From Raja brachyura (Eukaryota), in assembly GCA_963514005.1 (NCBI GenBank), contig OY740809.1, positions 18,290,001 through 18,354,000 on the forward strand: a stretch of 64,000 nt of DNA, given 5' to 3'. Both the position numbers and the translations under genes were made by a program. Every line of letters begins with the position of its first letter. Position 1 is the stretch's first letter. This document shows, piece by piece, positions 24,211-37,021 of the stretch. The notes beneath the pieces were generated by a model. The model ran no database searches. It saw only the letters and a program-made list of their open reading frames with translations, and was not told the origin of the DNA.

Positions 24211-25296
24211 ATAGATGCAGCATTTCACAGGTATCACTAAGCGACTTTTCTTGTTATGGGACATAGATCAGTGTAGCTACGTGATGTGAGAAATATTACT
24301 GCAGTTGACAGTCAGTATTAAGTAGCAGATATCACAGTGATTGACAGTGATTATCGAATGACTAGATATGGCACAGTGTGACAGATGTCATGGAATAGTG
24401 ACTGCAGTGGGGCAGATATGACTGACTGATAGATTCTGTGTTATTTAACAATGATCATAAGGCAGAAAGCAAGTTTCATGCGACAGATGACAAAATGATT
24501 GTCACGCGGGTGGTGCTAGGCTTTCTTAAGTTGAAGATTTATAAATAACATTGAAAATCCTGGGAAAAATAAATACGAGATATCTCACCAAAGACAGTGT
24601 TTGGATATCTATAAATTGTACCATTATTAACAGTGGAAGCAGCGTAAAAGAACATTACAGAGAGAACTATACAGATATTATGATAGACATCCCAAAAGAA
24701 TGATCAGATTTCAGAATAGTTGACATTTCTCTCCCCTTTTGTGGAAGATGTGAAAATAATGTTCCTGCTGCCACTAATTGGCTGATTGAGAATGCAAACT
24801 TTATGATTCAGAGTTCCTATTTCATTTCATTGAAAGGTCAATGTTTTCCTTGACAAATATAAACTTTAAACTATACATGATGTGCACCAAATAAACCTTC
24901 TGTTTGGTTGCAATTTGTTTGATTGTTAAAGTGCTCAAATTATTTATGCTTGCTGACGTTTTCATCAACTTTCACGTGAAAGAATGAGTTTAAATATCAG
25001 GCACCTTGTCTACGAATGTCTTTGTTCTTGAACAAAATGGCAGGCTTGTTGAAAATAGTGAGAAAATATCCTTGCTCAGAATATGCAACATGTCATATCC
25101 AACATGCTGTGTTATAATTTAGTATTCATGTCTGTAGATCCCATGCTGTGAATTGCTGATGTTAGACAGGACTTTAGAAGCAACTTCGAGCAGAACAATG
25201 TAACAACTCCAGTCTAACAGAAGTCAGACTTTGCGTACCTGCCAGCTATTGCATGTTGGGCATGACAGTGTGTACAATGAAGCAGATATGTGAATA

Positions 25297-25485
25297 GATA
25301 TGGAGAGAAGGAGTGGGTGACATTTTGGGTCGAGTCCCTTCTTCAGTCTGAGGGAGGATCTCGATCCGAAACGTCACCTGGAGAAGCTTCCTTTTCTCCA
25401 GAGATGCTGCCTGACCCGCTGAGTTACTCCACCATTTTGTGTCTATCTTCGATGTTAAACCAGATCTGCTGTTCCTTCCCACACC
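25297..25485. mobile_element. Fold-back Penelope pLTR element with back-to-back HHR remnants
   Basis: gggtcgagtcccttcttcag / tctgagggaggatctcgatccgaaacgtcacc; imperfect TSD gtg(a/g)ataga(t/c)atg. Confidence 0.8.
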
Positions 25486-25624
25486 AGTGGATAGACATGT
25501 TGCACACACCAATCACTGAAGGACATTCGCCTTTAAGGTTACACTCTCCTCGGTTGCCACAAAGCAGCAATGTACACTGAGGCAGCAGTGAGGAGAGGAT
25601 CTAAACATGGAACATGGCAACCCT

Positions 25625-26220
25625 CACGTTCAGGTTTATTGTCGTATACACAAGTGCAGTGAGACACAGGTATAATGAAACATCTTGACTTCAACAGCAT
25701 CACATGCACACAGTCTCAGACAACAGACTCACACAAAGCATACTTAAACTATATATAAATTACACGTAAAATTCTAAAACAAAGAAGACTGCAAAAAAAA
25801 GACATTGACATCAACACATAATTAGAAAATAAACTCCATAATATTATTGTGTAAGTAACCAGTGGAAGGGTTGATAGACACAAAGTGCTGAAGTAATTCA
25901 GCTGGTCAACCAGCATCTTTTGAGAGAAGGATTGGGTGACGCTTCGGGTCGAGACCCTTCTTCAGACTGAGAGCTGGGGCGGGAAAAGGGAAATGAGAGA
26001 TATAGACGGTGATGTTGAGAGATATGGAACAAATGAATCACAGATATGCAGAAAAGTAACGATGATAAAGGGAACAGTACAGGTTGATTCAAGAACCTGA
26101 TAGCTATAGGAAAGTAGCTGTCCCTGAACCTGATGGTGTGGAACTTCAAGCTTCTGTACATTCTGCCCTATGCTAGTTGTGAGAAGAGGGCAGGCCCTGC
26201 CTGGAGCGATCCTTGATGAT
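25625..26220 (-). mobile_element. Rex/Babar 3' end interrupted by a Penelope pLTR (25873-26075)
   Basis: MYRSLKFHTIRFRDSYFP.AIRFLN on the minus strand; pLTR with HHR at 25936-25968 (minus). Confidence 0.75.
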
Positions 26221-26614
26221 CACATCTTCTCTCTCCCACCTAACAATGCCAATGAGAACAGGCCAACAGACTTGCTAAGTTATTCAGAGGAAGATCTGAA
26301 CAAGCTGTTGAAAGGAAGATATCAAGGATAATCACCTTACTTTTAATCTCCATTAGAATGGAACGGAGAAACACTAGGCTCATTTACCGATATAAATTAA
26401 TCCATTCCATGAGCAATAGTTAAGCTGAGTCATCTGATAAGCATTAGATAATACAGGTAGACACTTTCAGAAACAAGGGTCACCTTGAAATTCAGTTGTG
26501 CAGCATCCTATAAATAAATATTAGTTACTTGCCGAGAGAAACACTGCTATGACTGTATCCTACACAGAACTGACAGTGCATTCCTTTCCCTGATCTGACG
26601 TTATGATGTCTGGG

Positions 26615-26755
26615 CATCACAGAAGGGTTCTCACTATCACAATCCTGATACCGAATCTTGACCTGAAACATCAACCGTCCCTTTGCCTCCACGGATGCTG
26701 AGTTCCTCCAGCAGCTTCTATTTTGCCACATCTACAGCATCTGCAGTCTCTGGTC
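26615..26755 (+). mobile_element. Penelope pLTR fragment
   Basis: gacctgaaacatc..gatgctgagttcctccagc..cagcatctgcagt. Confidence 0.65.
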
Positions 26756-27509
26756 TTCTTTTAGTTTAGTTTCGAGATACAGCATGGAAACATTTGCAGA
26801 TGGAATCATGGTATTGAAGGCAGAGCTATAGTCAATGAATAGGAGTCTAATGTTTTGTCACATTTGATTCCAAAGATGTAAACCTACTTTAATGTAGTCT
26901 AACATTTTTATTCCAAGAAATGTACATCTGTCTACAGTTTTACATCCAGGTTTACTTTTTCTGAATTGGCTACTGGCCCGTTAATGAGGGAAATAAATAT
27001 GTATGTTGCTTCAACTGGATTTGTTTGAACATTTGATGATTGCTTATGGTCAGCAATTAAATAGGATAGAGTGGGATGATGAGGCATGTGGGTGTTAGAT
27101 GTGAAAGTGTTTTGGAGCAGTAACGAGGTTCATTATATTTAAAAACAATTAACTGTATTTTCATTCTGATTTTTCTATAATGTATGACTGCAGTATTGTG
27201 AATTGTTATCTTAGTGTCTAATAATCTGTAGTTCTGAAAGCTGGTTTCAGCATGTTTATGCAGCCATTGAAGTTGTATGTTTTAGCTGCTTTTGAAGGAT
27301 ATATTCATGCATCCTTAATATTGCAGAACAAATCTATGTGTATTCATCTGCAATCTTTTGTACATTTCTGCGTGCAAGCCTTGGAGGTGGAAGGCTTAAC
27401 TTCCTTCTGCATGTCACTTACAGCAAAATCTGCTTAAGGCTGATCTGTATTCATGCAATTTTTTTGTTCTTTCTCATTCAGAGGATGTGGACAACAGTGG
27501 TAATGTCAG

Positions 27510-27676
27510 ATAGACACAAATTGCTGGAGTAAGTCAGTGGGTCAGGCGGCATCTCTGCAGAGAAGGAATAGGTGAGGTTTTGGGTCAGGACCCTGCCTGA
27601 CCGCTGTGTTACTCAGCATTTTGTGTCTATGTGTCTATCTTTGGTATGAATCAGCATCTGCAATTCCTCCATTCAT
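27510..27676. mobile_element. Fold-back Penelope pLTR element with 12-bp TSD
   Basis: TGGTAATG(T/C)CAG at 27498-27509 and 27677-27688. Confidence 0.8.
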
Positions 27677-27730
27677 TGGTAATGCCAGTCTTTACTGTCC
27701 ATCCCTATCCATCTTATGAAGGGTCAGTTA

Positions 27731-28041
27731 AGGGCCAGTCCCACTTACACCAACTTTTCGGCGACTGCCGGCACCCGTCATAGGTTGCCGAAAATTTTCA
27801 ACATGTTGAAAATTCAGTGGCGACCAGATAGACGCAATGACTCTTTGGGTGACTAGGAGACCTCTCACGACCATACAAGCGAGCCCTGGCGACATGTCGC
27901 GGGGGGTCACCAGGGGGTCGGCTGCATGGTCGTGAGAGGTCTCCTAGTCATCCAAAGAGTCGTAGCTTCGTTGAAAGTTTTCGGTGACCTATGACGGGTG
28001 CCGGCAGTCGCCGAAAAGGTCACGTAAGTGAGACAGGCCCT
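27731..28041. mobile_element. PIF/Harbinger-type MITE
   Basis: TIRs of about 60 bp AGGGCC(A/T)GTC(C/T)CACTTAC..; TTA TSD on both sides; second internal inverted repeat. Confidence 0.88.
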
Positions 28042-28077
28042 TTAAGGTGCAGCCATATTGAGTGCGCTCTTGTTTGG

Positions 28078-28217
28078 TGTAGGAAGGAACTACAGATGCT
28101 GGTTTACACCGAAGATAGACACAAAATGTGGAGTAACATCAGCTGGACAGGCAGCATCTCTGGATGGAGGGTATGGGTTGCGTTTTGGGTCGAGACCCTT
28201 CCTCTGACTGAGCTTGG
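28078..28217 (-). mobile_element. Solo Penelope pLTR with 10-bp TSD
   Basis: TCTTGTTTGG at 28068-28077 and 28218-28227. Confidence 0.78.
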
Positions 28218-28909
28218 TCTTGTTTGGGCCTAGATGGGAAATTTAGTGAACCAAATGGGCTTTTATAATAATCAAGTCACTATGTGATTACCATCACTGA
28301 AACTAACTTTAATTCCAGGTTTATTTAATTTCCACCAAACAGGGAAACAAAGCACTGACTCTAACAAATATTAACTAGAACCAATTGTTAACCTCTGAGG
28401 GGAGGCAGCTGGTCAGGCCCACACTGAGTGCAGACTCAGCTCTCAAATTATTCCCAGTAAGCTTGTTTTTGTGCATTTTAAACTTTTTCCTGTAATTAGA
28501 GTGGGAATTTGATTTTTATTTTCAACACACAAATAACCTTTCTCAGCAGAGATAAAAATGCACACAAGGTTAAAAAGACTATTCAAAGAATGCTTGCATC
28601 TGAAGCTGATGCTGTGAACACAAAATGCACTGCTGGTTGGGATTATTATAGGCCTGAAATTATGAATGGTTTTTAATCCATAAATGCCAAATCTGAAATT
28701 GGATTCTAACTGTCCTACTAACGCTACATAGCATAGACGTACTAAATTACTCACAGCCTCTTTGTTTTCATTTTTTAATCACAATTAACATGAAGTTATT
28801 TCTACTTTGAGAGGCAAATGTAAAATAGATACGAAAATACAGAAACAAATGCAACAAACTGAAAGATTCTTGAATGAAACAGATCAGATCCTTCATCATT
28901 AGTGCGAGA

Positions 28910-30176
28910 TGTTGCATTTTGACACGTCTAACCAGGGCGGGACGTACATAATGAGTCGTAGGACTCTGGGGAGTATTGTAGAGCAGAGGGATCTAGGAGT
29001 GCAGGAGCATGGTTCCCTGAAGGTCGAGTCGCAGGTAGATAGTGTGATCAGAGGCTTTTGACACATTGGCCTTCATCAGTCAGAGTATTGAGTATAGAAA
29101 TTGGGCGGTCAAGCTGCAGTTGTATAAGACGTTGGTGAGACCGCATTTGAAATATTGCCTTCAGTTCTCGGCACCATGTTATAGGAAAGATATTGTCAAA
29201 CTTGAAAGGGTTCAGAAAAGATTTACGGGGATGTTACCAGGACTAGAGGGTGTGAGCTATATGGGCCTGTTCCACTTAGGTGACTTTTTAGGCGACTACA
29301 GGAGACTATGTGGTCGCCGGTTGTCATCTGTATGATTGTGAGTAGTCTCCTCAGTCGCCCAAAGAGTCGTAGAGTCTTTCCTGTCGCTGAAAATTTTTCA
29401 ACATGTTGAACATTTTCCGGCGAAGGGGTGGCGACCTTGGGTTTGACTCCAAATGACCGTAGCTTGACATAGGTGCTGTCGTAGGTTGTCGCTGGGTCAA
29501 TGTACACAGTCGCCAGGATGTCGTAGAGTGTCGACAGGATGTCATAGGTTGTCGCCAGGTGACGTAGGTTGTTGCCGGTGCTGACTTCGGTGGATTTCGA
29601 TGTCGTATTCGCCCGCAGTCCCCTAAAAAATGGCCTAAGTGTGACAGGCCCATTAGTCCAGTCGCTGTTTTTTTCGGCGACCTGCTATGACTATAACAGT
29701 TGCCAGCAGTCGCCGAAAAATTTGCCGAAGTGGGACAGGCCCATTAGGAAGAGGTTGAGTAGGCTGGGTCTCTATTCCTTGGAGCGCAGGAGGATGAGGG
29801 GTGATCTTATGTACAAAATCAGAAGAGGAATAAATCGGGTAGATTTCTCAAAGTCTCTTGCCCAGAGTAGGGGAATCTCGGACCAGATGACATTGGTTCA
29901 AGGTGAAGGGGAAAAGAATTAATAAAAATCTGAGGGGTTACTTTTTCACACAAAGGGTGGTGGGTGTATGGAACAAGCTGCCAGATGAGGTAGTTGAGTC
30001 TGGGACTATCCCGACGTTTAAGAAACAGTTAGACAGGCTCATGGATAGGACAGGTTTGGAGGGATGTGGACCAAGCACGGACAGGTGGACTAGTGTAACT
30101 GGGACATATTGGCCAGTCTGGACAAGTTGGGCCGAAGGGCCTGTTTCCACACTGTGTCACTCTGTGACTATGACTA
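28910..30176 (+). mobile_element. CR1 LINE 3' part, split by a MITE
   Basis: LQLYKTLVRPHLKY..LERVQKRFTGMLPGL / RLSRLGLYSLERRRMRGDL; gactatgact tail. Confidence 0.9.
29262..29743. mobile_element. Composite Harbinger-type MITE with an extra internal TIR
   Basis: TGGGCCTGTTCCACTTAGG ... AAGTGTGACAGGCCCA (ends 29651) ... AAGTGGGACAGGCCCA (ends 29743). Confidence 0.85.
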
Positions 30177-30321
30177 TCAATCTCTTTAATGGTGTCTAAA
30201 GTCTCATTTAAAACTGTTCAAATTACTTCCTCCTGCTCTAAGATGAGCAAGTATTGGTCAGTATAAGTACAGCCGTGTCCTGCTACTATTACCCTTTGAC
30301 TTCCAGTATGGGAGGGTTTAT

Positions 30322-30640
30322 AGTTTAGTTTAGAGGCACAGCTTGGAAACAGGAGCTTCGGCCCACCGCGTTTGCGGCGACCAGCGATCCCCATACACTA
30401 ACACTAGTACATACTATTCTACATACTAAGGACAATTTACCATTTTTTCCCGAAGCCAATTGACCTACAAACCTGCACATCTTTGGAGTGTGAGAGGGAA
30501 CCGGAGCACCTGGGGAAAACCCATGCGATCACGGGGAGAATGTACAAACTCCATGCAGACAGCACCTGTGGTCTGGATCAAACCTGGGTCTCAGTCATTT
30601 AAAGGCTACAACTCTACCACTGCGCCACCATGCTGCCCTT
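30322..30640 (-). mobile_element. V-SINE
   Basis: (agttt)n tail, V-domain and tRNA head on the minus strand. Confidence 0.88.
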
Positions 30641-30825
30641 TATATTTATATTTAGGGTTATGCTTGAGCTGAAGGTTCTCTAGGGTTGCATCATTTATTT
30701 TGCAATGAAACATTCTGGTGCAGAAGAGTTGGTCTATCCGAAGAGCTGATTGTCTTTTCAAATAATTAAACGAGAACACGGAAATAAATTATGTTTAAAA
30801 AACAAGACACTAAGTGCTGGGGTAA

Positions 30826-31308
30826 TGCCCTTGTCCCACTTAGGCAACCTGAACGTAAACCTCTGGAGACTTTACGCCCCACCCAAGGTTTCCGTGCGGT
30901 TCCCGGAGGTTTTTGTCAGTCTCCCTAATGATTGAAAGTGGTTTCCGCTTCTTCTATGTTCCCGCGATTATTTCAAAACATTCAAGTGGAAGGTAAGGCC
31001 TTTATTTCACCCAGTTTTATTCCACCAGGGAGGTCTTACCTTCCACTACCTGCAACCTCCAGCAACCACCTTCAACTAGCATCGCAACCGGCTTCGACTA
31101 AAAAATACTGATTTTTAAACCAGCAACCTATTTTTAGTCGCGGCCAATTTTGAATTTTTTAAATAATCACCAGAACATAGAAGAAGCGGAAACCATTTTC
31201 GACCATTAGGGAGCTGGACAAATACCTCCGGGAACCGCACGGAAACCTTGGGTGGGGCGCAAAGTTTCCAGAGGTTTCCATTCAGGTTTCCTAAGTGGGG
31301 CAGGGGCA
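30826..31308. mobile_element. PIF/Harbinger-type MITE with long TIRs (about 150-180 bp)
   Basis: TGCCCTTGTCCCACTTAGG...CCTAAGTGGGGCAGGGGCA; TAA TSD at 30823-30825 and 31309-31311. Confidence 0.9.
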
Positions 31309-31551
31309 TAACTTTGCAAGTCAGGCAGCATCACTGGAGGGCATGGATAGGTGACATTTCTGGTCAGTGCCCATCTTCAGACTGATTGTCATGGGAACGA
31401 TGCCGCCAACTCTCTTCCAGCTTTATCTCTTCCCCCTCCCCCCCTCACCACCATCACAGTCAGTCTGAAGAAGGGTCCCGACCCAAAACGTCACCTATCC
31501 ATGTTTTCCAGAGATGTTGCCTGAACCAGAATTAGATGTACAGATGCAATA

Positions 31552-31862
31552 CAGGGGCGGCACGCCGGCGCAGCGGGAGATTTGTTGCTTTACAGCGCTT
31601 GCCGCGCCGGAAACCCGGGTTCGATCCCCATTACGGATGCTGTCTGTACAGAGTTAGTACGTTCTCCCTGTGACCGCGTGGATTTTCACCAAGATCTTCG
31701 GTTTCCTCCCACACTCCAAAGATGTATGGGTATGTAGGTTAATTGGCTTGGTGTATGTATAAATTATCCCAAGTGTGTGTAGGATACTGTTAAATGCGGG
31801 GGTTCGATGGTCGGCGAGGGCTGGAGGGACAGTTTCCGCAATGTATCTCTAAAACTAAAACT
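31552..31862 (+). mobile_element. V-SINE
   Basis: gggcggcacg head, gggttcgatccc B box, (ctaaaa)n tail. Confidence 0.88.
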
Positions 31863-32721
31863 AGATAAAAGTACTCCAGCAAGTTGTGCCTTTTTTTTGT
31901 GAACTCACATCTGAAATTCCTTGTTCCTGCAACCCCAATTTCTATGCCTGAGTTTCTATTTGTGATAGACCAATAGTGATGTCTGATAACACTTTTACGA
32001 ACTATGCACCTCTGGCTCAGTCTTGTTTTTTGACCATGTTTCTTGCATTTTTCGAGGGAGTTGGTTCAGACAGACTTTTATCCAATATTTCTGCATGTTT
32101 TTAATATTAGCTGATGTTAAACACTGCTGCTGAATAATCTGATGCAGACATGACCAAGAATTTCCATAATGACTCTTCCCAATTATACTGTGAAACATAA
32201 GGTAATGGTCAGTAGAAATTCAGAATAAAATTGGCAAATTGAAAATATATTGATTGAAACCTCAGCATGACAAATTTTAGAAATAAAACCCGTTAAGTTG
32301 CATATGTTTGCTTTGTACTGAAGGCTTATTAAAATCCTTTCTACTCGGTTAGATCTTCACACCGAATTAAGTATAACTTTGCTGATTTTCAGAGTCATGG
32401 CAGGTTAGGATTCAGCCACATACGTATTGTATGGGTAGAAGTACAGGTGAAACAATGAAAAATACAGTATCTTTCTGCAGCGTAACTAGGATAAAATGGT
32501 CCTCCATTTATGCAAGAAATGCACAATTTTAATCATAGTTGTCAACTGTTTAAGCAAACATTTTAAATAATGATTGGGGATTGTTATAGAATGTAAAGGT
32601 TTCTCAGTGTACCTAATTAAGAGAAGAATAGTATTTACTTACCAGATGCACTGGATATGAACCAGAACAACTAGGTTCTCTCTTACGTCTGCATTATAAG
32701 CAATATTGCAGGAGAACCACA

Positions 32722-32835
32722 TAAAACAAAGTGCTGGAGTAACTCAGTGGGTCAGGCAGCATCTCTGGAAAACCATGAGTAGGTGACATTTTAGATCGGG
32801 GTCTTTCTTTAGACTGTAGTTTTGGGTCAGGACCA
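32722..32835 (-). mobile_element. Penelope pLTR fragment
   Basis: caaagtgctggagtaactcagtgggtcaggcagcatctctgg. Confidence 0.78.
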
Positions 32836-33663
32836 TTCACTTTATTTCTTTAGCTGCTAAAGGAGATCAGTCATCCTTAAATGTTGTAACTCAGGCGATC
32901 CTTGCTCTTTCTTAGTAAAACATGGTTTCAGTGAGAGTACCATAACAGCATGTACCAGTGAGATGGTCAATCAATAGCGATGCAATATCTGACTGTGATA
33001 ATGGGCCTCATTTAGGGTTTTTTTTTGTCACGCTATATTAAAGTGAAGTTTCAAAAACCAGTTTGAGATTCACCATCTGCCACTTCTCCCGTTGACTGCC
33101 GTTGAAATCATCTGATAAAGGAGCGCATGTGGGTGGTTAAGCATTTCCTGCAAGTTCTGTAAATCATGTAAAACATCTTCAATGTTTCTAATGCTTCGCA
33201 CTTTGTGGGTGTCTGCTGATTTCCACCTGGAGAGAAAAGCACCGCTCCTCCGTGAAGTCTTAATATTAGACCAAACCGGCAAAGTTGTCTAGGGAATCAG
33301 TCAAGCAGTGTTCATTACCTACTTAACAGTTTAAAGTGTCAAGCAAGCGATGACTGACTCCAGTCTCTATTGTCCTGGTACTTTCCTTCCTTTAATTTTC
33401 TTTGACAACTCTAAAGCAAAAGTGTCTAAATGCAATATGGCCTTCTACACTGAGAGGAGCTCAGCGTGAGTGCAGTGGGATTAATTATCCTTCTCAGGGA
33501 TCTCCTGAGCAGCGTAATCTGCTGTAGCCAACAGCAAACTGCTTGCATTACATCTGTCCAAATATGAGATGTATTTCTCAAAGTAAGCTGCTCCAGTTTT
33601 CACATTTATTTATTTCGGGGGGGACCTTTTTTTTCCTTTTGCCATCGACGCTTTCTTTTTAAG

Positions 33664-33756
33664 CTTCGGAGGGTTTGCATTTGACTTGCCAACACTACAA
33701 GTTTGGAAGCTCTACCTAAGTAATTGCTGAGATGCCGTTGGCATGGAAAACGAAAG
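33664..33756 (+). other. Candidate non-coding 5' exon of DLGAP3 (5' boundary uncertain; may be a longer first exon)
   Basis: Consensus donor AAG|GTGAGT at 33756/33757 ending a repeat-free island of about 500 bp; T-rich tract plus AG at 33663. Confidence 0.3.
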
Positions 33757-33936
33757 GTGAGTGTAGAGGCAATCATTTTGCTTCGCTACATTGGTTTTGT
33801 CAGATTTGTAAAAGTGGCACCGTGTAGCTTTTCACGAGCATGTAAAGCATCAGAAACCTTTCATATGGGAGGCATCAAAGTGTGGTAAAGTATGTAAAGT
33901 GTCATGCCCACAAGCATTTGAAGTTATACCAAGGAT

Positions 33937-34418
33937 GGACACAAAATGCTGGCGTAACTCAGTGTGTCAGGCCTCATCTCTGGAGAAAATGGATTTCGGG
34001 TCGGGACCCTTCTTTGGACCGGATTGTAGAGGTGAGGGTGAGGGGTAGAAGGGGGGTGGGCGAAGAAACTGGAAACAAGAAAAAATGCTGGAAAAAATTG
34101 GAGCCAGCAACAGATTACCTCAGGCAAGGAGGTTCCTTGATAGGCCAATAGTTGGTTTGAGACATCATTGTGAACAGTGGACCTTGTTAACCGATGTTTA
34201 ATGGAGGATGGAGGTGATAGAGGGTGATGGAGAAGTGGGGAAGGTGTCGGTGGGGAGGGGGTTGGAGGAGGGGGGGAAGGGAGTTGTGGGTAGAAGTTAC
34301 CCCAAATTAGAGAATTCAACATTCGTATCGCTGGGTTGCAAGCTACCCAAGCAAAATATGAGGTGCCATTCCTCCAATTTGCATGTGGCCTCACTCTGTC
34401 AATGGAGGAGGCCCAGGA
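33937..34418 (-). mobile_element. Penelope 3' fragment (GIY-YIG C-terminus, 3'UTR, pLTR)
   Basis: Minus strand reads LGLLH*QSEATCKLEEWHLIFCLGSLQP.DTNVEFSN. Confidence 0.82.
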
Positions 34419-34627
34419 TGTGGTCGATACGTGGGGTGTTATATTTGTAGTTCAGTTCATAAGGAATATAAACAGAAATGGAAATGAATTTGTGCAGTGA
34501 ATTCAAAATTCCACATAAATTATGAAAGCATTTGTTGAAATAGGTTGTAACAAATAAAAAAAGGAAAAGGGAAAATGTACCAGGCTCTAAATATTCTTGA
34601 GCTGAAGAAATAGGTTTGGATTTGACA

Positions 34628-34837
34628 GTAGACACAAAATGCGGAGTAAGTTAATGGGACAGGCAGCACCTCTGGAGAGAAGGAATGGGTGATGTTTTGG
34701 GTCAAGACACTTCTTCAGACCCTTCTTCTGATGAAGGGTTGCAACCCAAAATGTCACCTATTCTCTTTCTCCAGAGATGCTGTCTGACCCACTGAATTAT
34801 TTTTGTGTCTATCAACATCTGCAGTTCCTCCCTATAC
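34628..34837. mobile_element. Fold-back Penelope pLTR element
   Basis: Inverted arms; CTGATGA-A-GGGTT-GC-AACCC-AAAA. Confidence 0.82.
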
Positions 34838-35499
34838 AATGGTGAACTGGTTGTCTGGTTACCATTTCCCCGCAAGTATTATTCCATGATTTCAAGATCT
34901 CACCATTCTCTGCTGCACTGCTTCACAAACGTTCTACTTCTTGGCAGGTTATATGAAAACAGTTGGGAATACTTAGCAGGTGTTGTCAGTTGCTCGTGAA
35001 AATGAAAGATTCTGGCCAGGTTGTAAAACATGGAAATTCACGTTGCTTTAAAGATAAGGTATAACATTAATAAAATGCTGCATTGGTGTCCGGGTTGTTA
35101 TTAGCAACAAAGTCATTTAGGCAGAGATGTTGGGTAGTAATGGTGTCCATGATGGTGCAGAATTCCACCTTAGCATTTCAGATACAAAACTATCCATAAA
35201 GCCAGATTTGTTACGCTGAATACCACTAGATGTTGAACTTCCTGGCCTTACATGCGACCTTGTAGGTTGCAGTGTCATCACTTGTAATGTCTAACCCGAA
35301 TAATTTGTTATATCGATATTATGCAGGTCACAAAATTGCTGTGACACGACTGCATATTTAAGGTAACCTCTGTCAACAGTTTGGTAACTGGAGGTCTGAA
35401 CCACTGCCACCATTGATTCTGTTGTGATTTCAACATCTCTGCCCAACATGCATTTAATTGGAGTCCTGTGACTTTTGTAAGGACAAATGTAGTGAACTC

Positions 35500-35970
35500 T
35501 AAACAAAAACAAAAGATGTTGGACATGCTCAGTGGGTTAGGCCTCATCTGTAGGAAGAGAATCAGTTGACATTTCAAGTCAGCGACCCTTCGCCAGAACT
35601 GAAGAGGAGACCAAAGAAGCTGGTAAAGCTGCAGGGATGGTGGAGGGGTGGGTAAAAGCAGAATGACCATGGGAACCAAATGCAAATCAGGGCTATCTGG
35701 TCAATAGGAAGCAGGTAGAGAGTGAGGACATAGACAAAATAACCTAGACAGAAGTATTTGAGAGTTGTCAAACGCAGACATGAAGGACATACCCAGCAGT
35801 CAGGCTAGGAATATCCCTCACTTCCAGGGAGGCAAAAAAACAAAGGAAAAATAAACAAGTTGAGCTAATATTAAAGATGGATGATTGATACAAACTTGGA
35901 AATCAAGTTCCCTAAAGTTCAACATGGAGTGCAGAAGCTGCAACATGCCCAAGTGGAAAATGGGATACTT
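35500..35970 (-). mobile_element. Older Penelope 3' fragment
   Basis: pLTR at 35.5-35.6 kb; IFHLGMLQL..MLNF near 35.9 kb. Confidence 0.65.
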
Positions 35971-35974
35971 TCGT

Positions 35975-36277
35975 TTTAGTTTTGCTTTTAGAGAAACAAC
36001 GTGGAAACCATCCCTGCGGCCCACCAAGACCACGCCGGCCAGCGATCCCCATACACTAACACTATCCTTCACACTAGGGACAATTTACGATTTTTACAGA
36101 AGCCAATTAGCCAACAAACCTGCACATCTTTGGAGTGTGGAAGGAAACCGGAGAACCCGGGGAAAACTCTTGAAGTTATAGGGAGAATGTACAAACTCTG
36201 TACAGACAGCACCTGTAGTCAGAATTGAACCCGGGTCTCTTGCGCTGTAAGGCCGCAACTCTACCGCTGCGCCGCCC
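35975..36277 (-). mobile_element. V-SINE
   Basis: Head, V-domain and tail recognisable on the minus strand. Confidence 0.88.
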
Positions 36278-37021
36278 CTCTGTTGGCATTTGCAATGTGT
36301 TTGGGTGAGATCAGTGAGCCTGCCTTGTGGTGCTGCTAAGTTGCGTCTATAATCATCTTCAGAAAGCACCTTCCACCATCAATTGGTACATATACATTTT
36401 ACATTTTTTGTTAAACCCAAGTTATTACAGATCCGCACATAAATATACAGCAAGAACACTTTAGGAATCGTAAGTCTGTGTGTACTGTACATGAACTCCT
36501 CGCTCACGCTGGGCAAGGACTTAGAAGCTGGTGGAGGATTCAGTGAGTGAGCATTTATCATTTCTGACAAAATCTTAAGGGTTCTTGTCATCTAAAGATA
36601 AATGCATACATTAAGTTGCTAATGATGAGTTCCTAATAATTTTCTATATATAGTATAGACAATTTCTGGTGAAGATCCACGACCAGCATGATAAATGCAG
36701 AGGTAATGGACAGAGTCAGTGATGAAGTGCTGGAGCACTGAACTCACAACCACTTTTTTTGCAATGGCTAACGTTGTGGAGATGGTGTGCGCTGAGATGT
36801 TTATGAAGAGGATGGGACTGTTTGACTCCAACCCACACTCCCCATTAGGTAGTACCCCAGGATGCCTGAAGGAGGCAGAATGTGGCTACGGCTTGTTGTC
36901 ACAGCAGTCCCAGATTCTGATATAGCCCTACAGATTCTGATATAGCTGACCACTGACCCTGAAATAATGAATCTATTTGCACCCTGTCATACCATGTAGA
37001 TATGGGTCAGAAATTAACAGG

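Larger units (their letters stand above)
30795..31930. mobile_element. Fold-back Penelope pLTR element hosting a MITE and a SINE
   Basis: Left arm resumes after the MITE (gctggggTAA/TAActttgcaagtcaggcagc); right arm with HHR remnant at 31465 resumes after the SINE (tactccagc). Confidence 0.75.
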
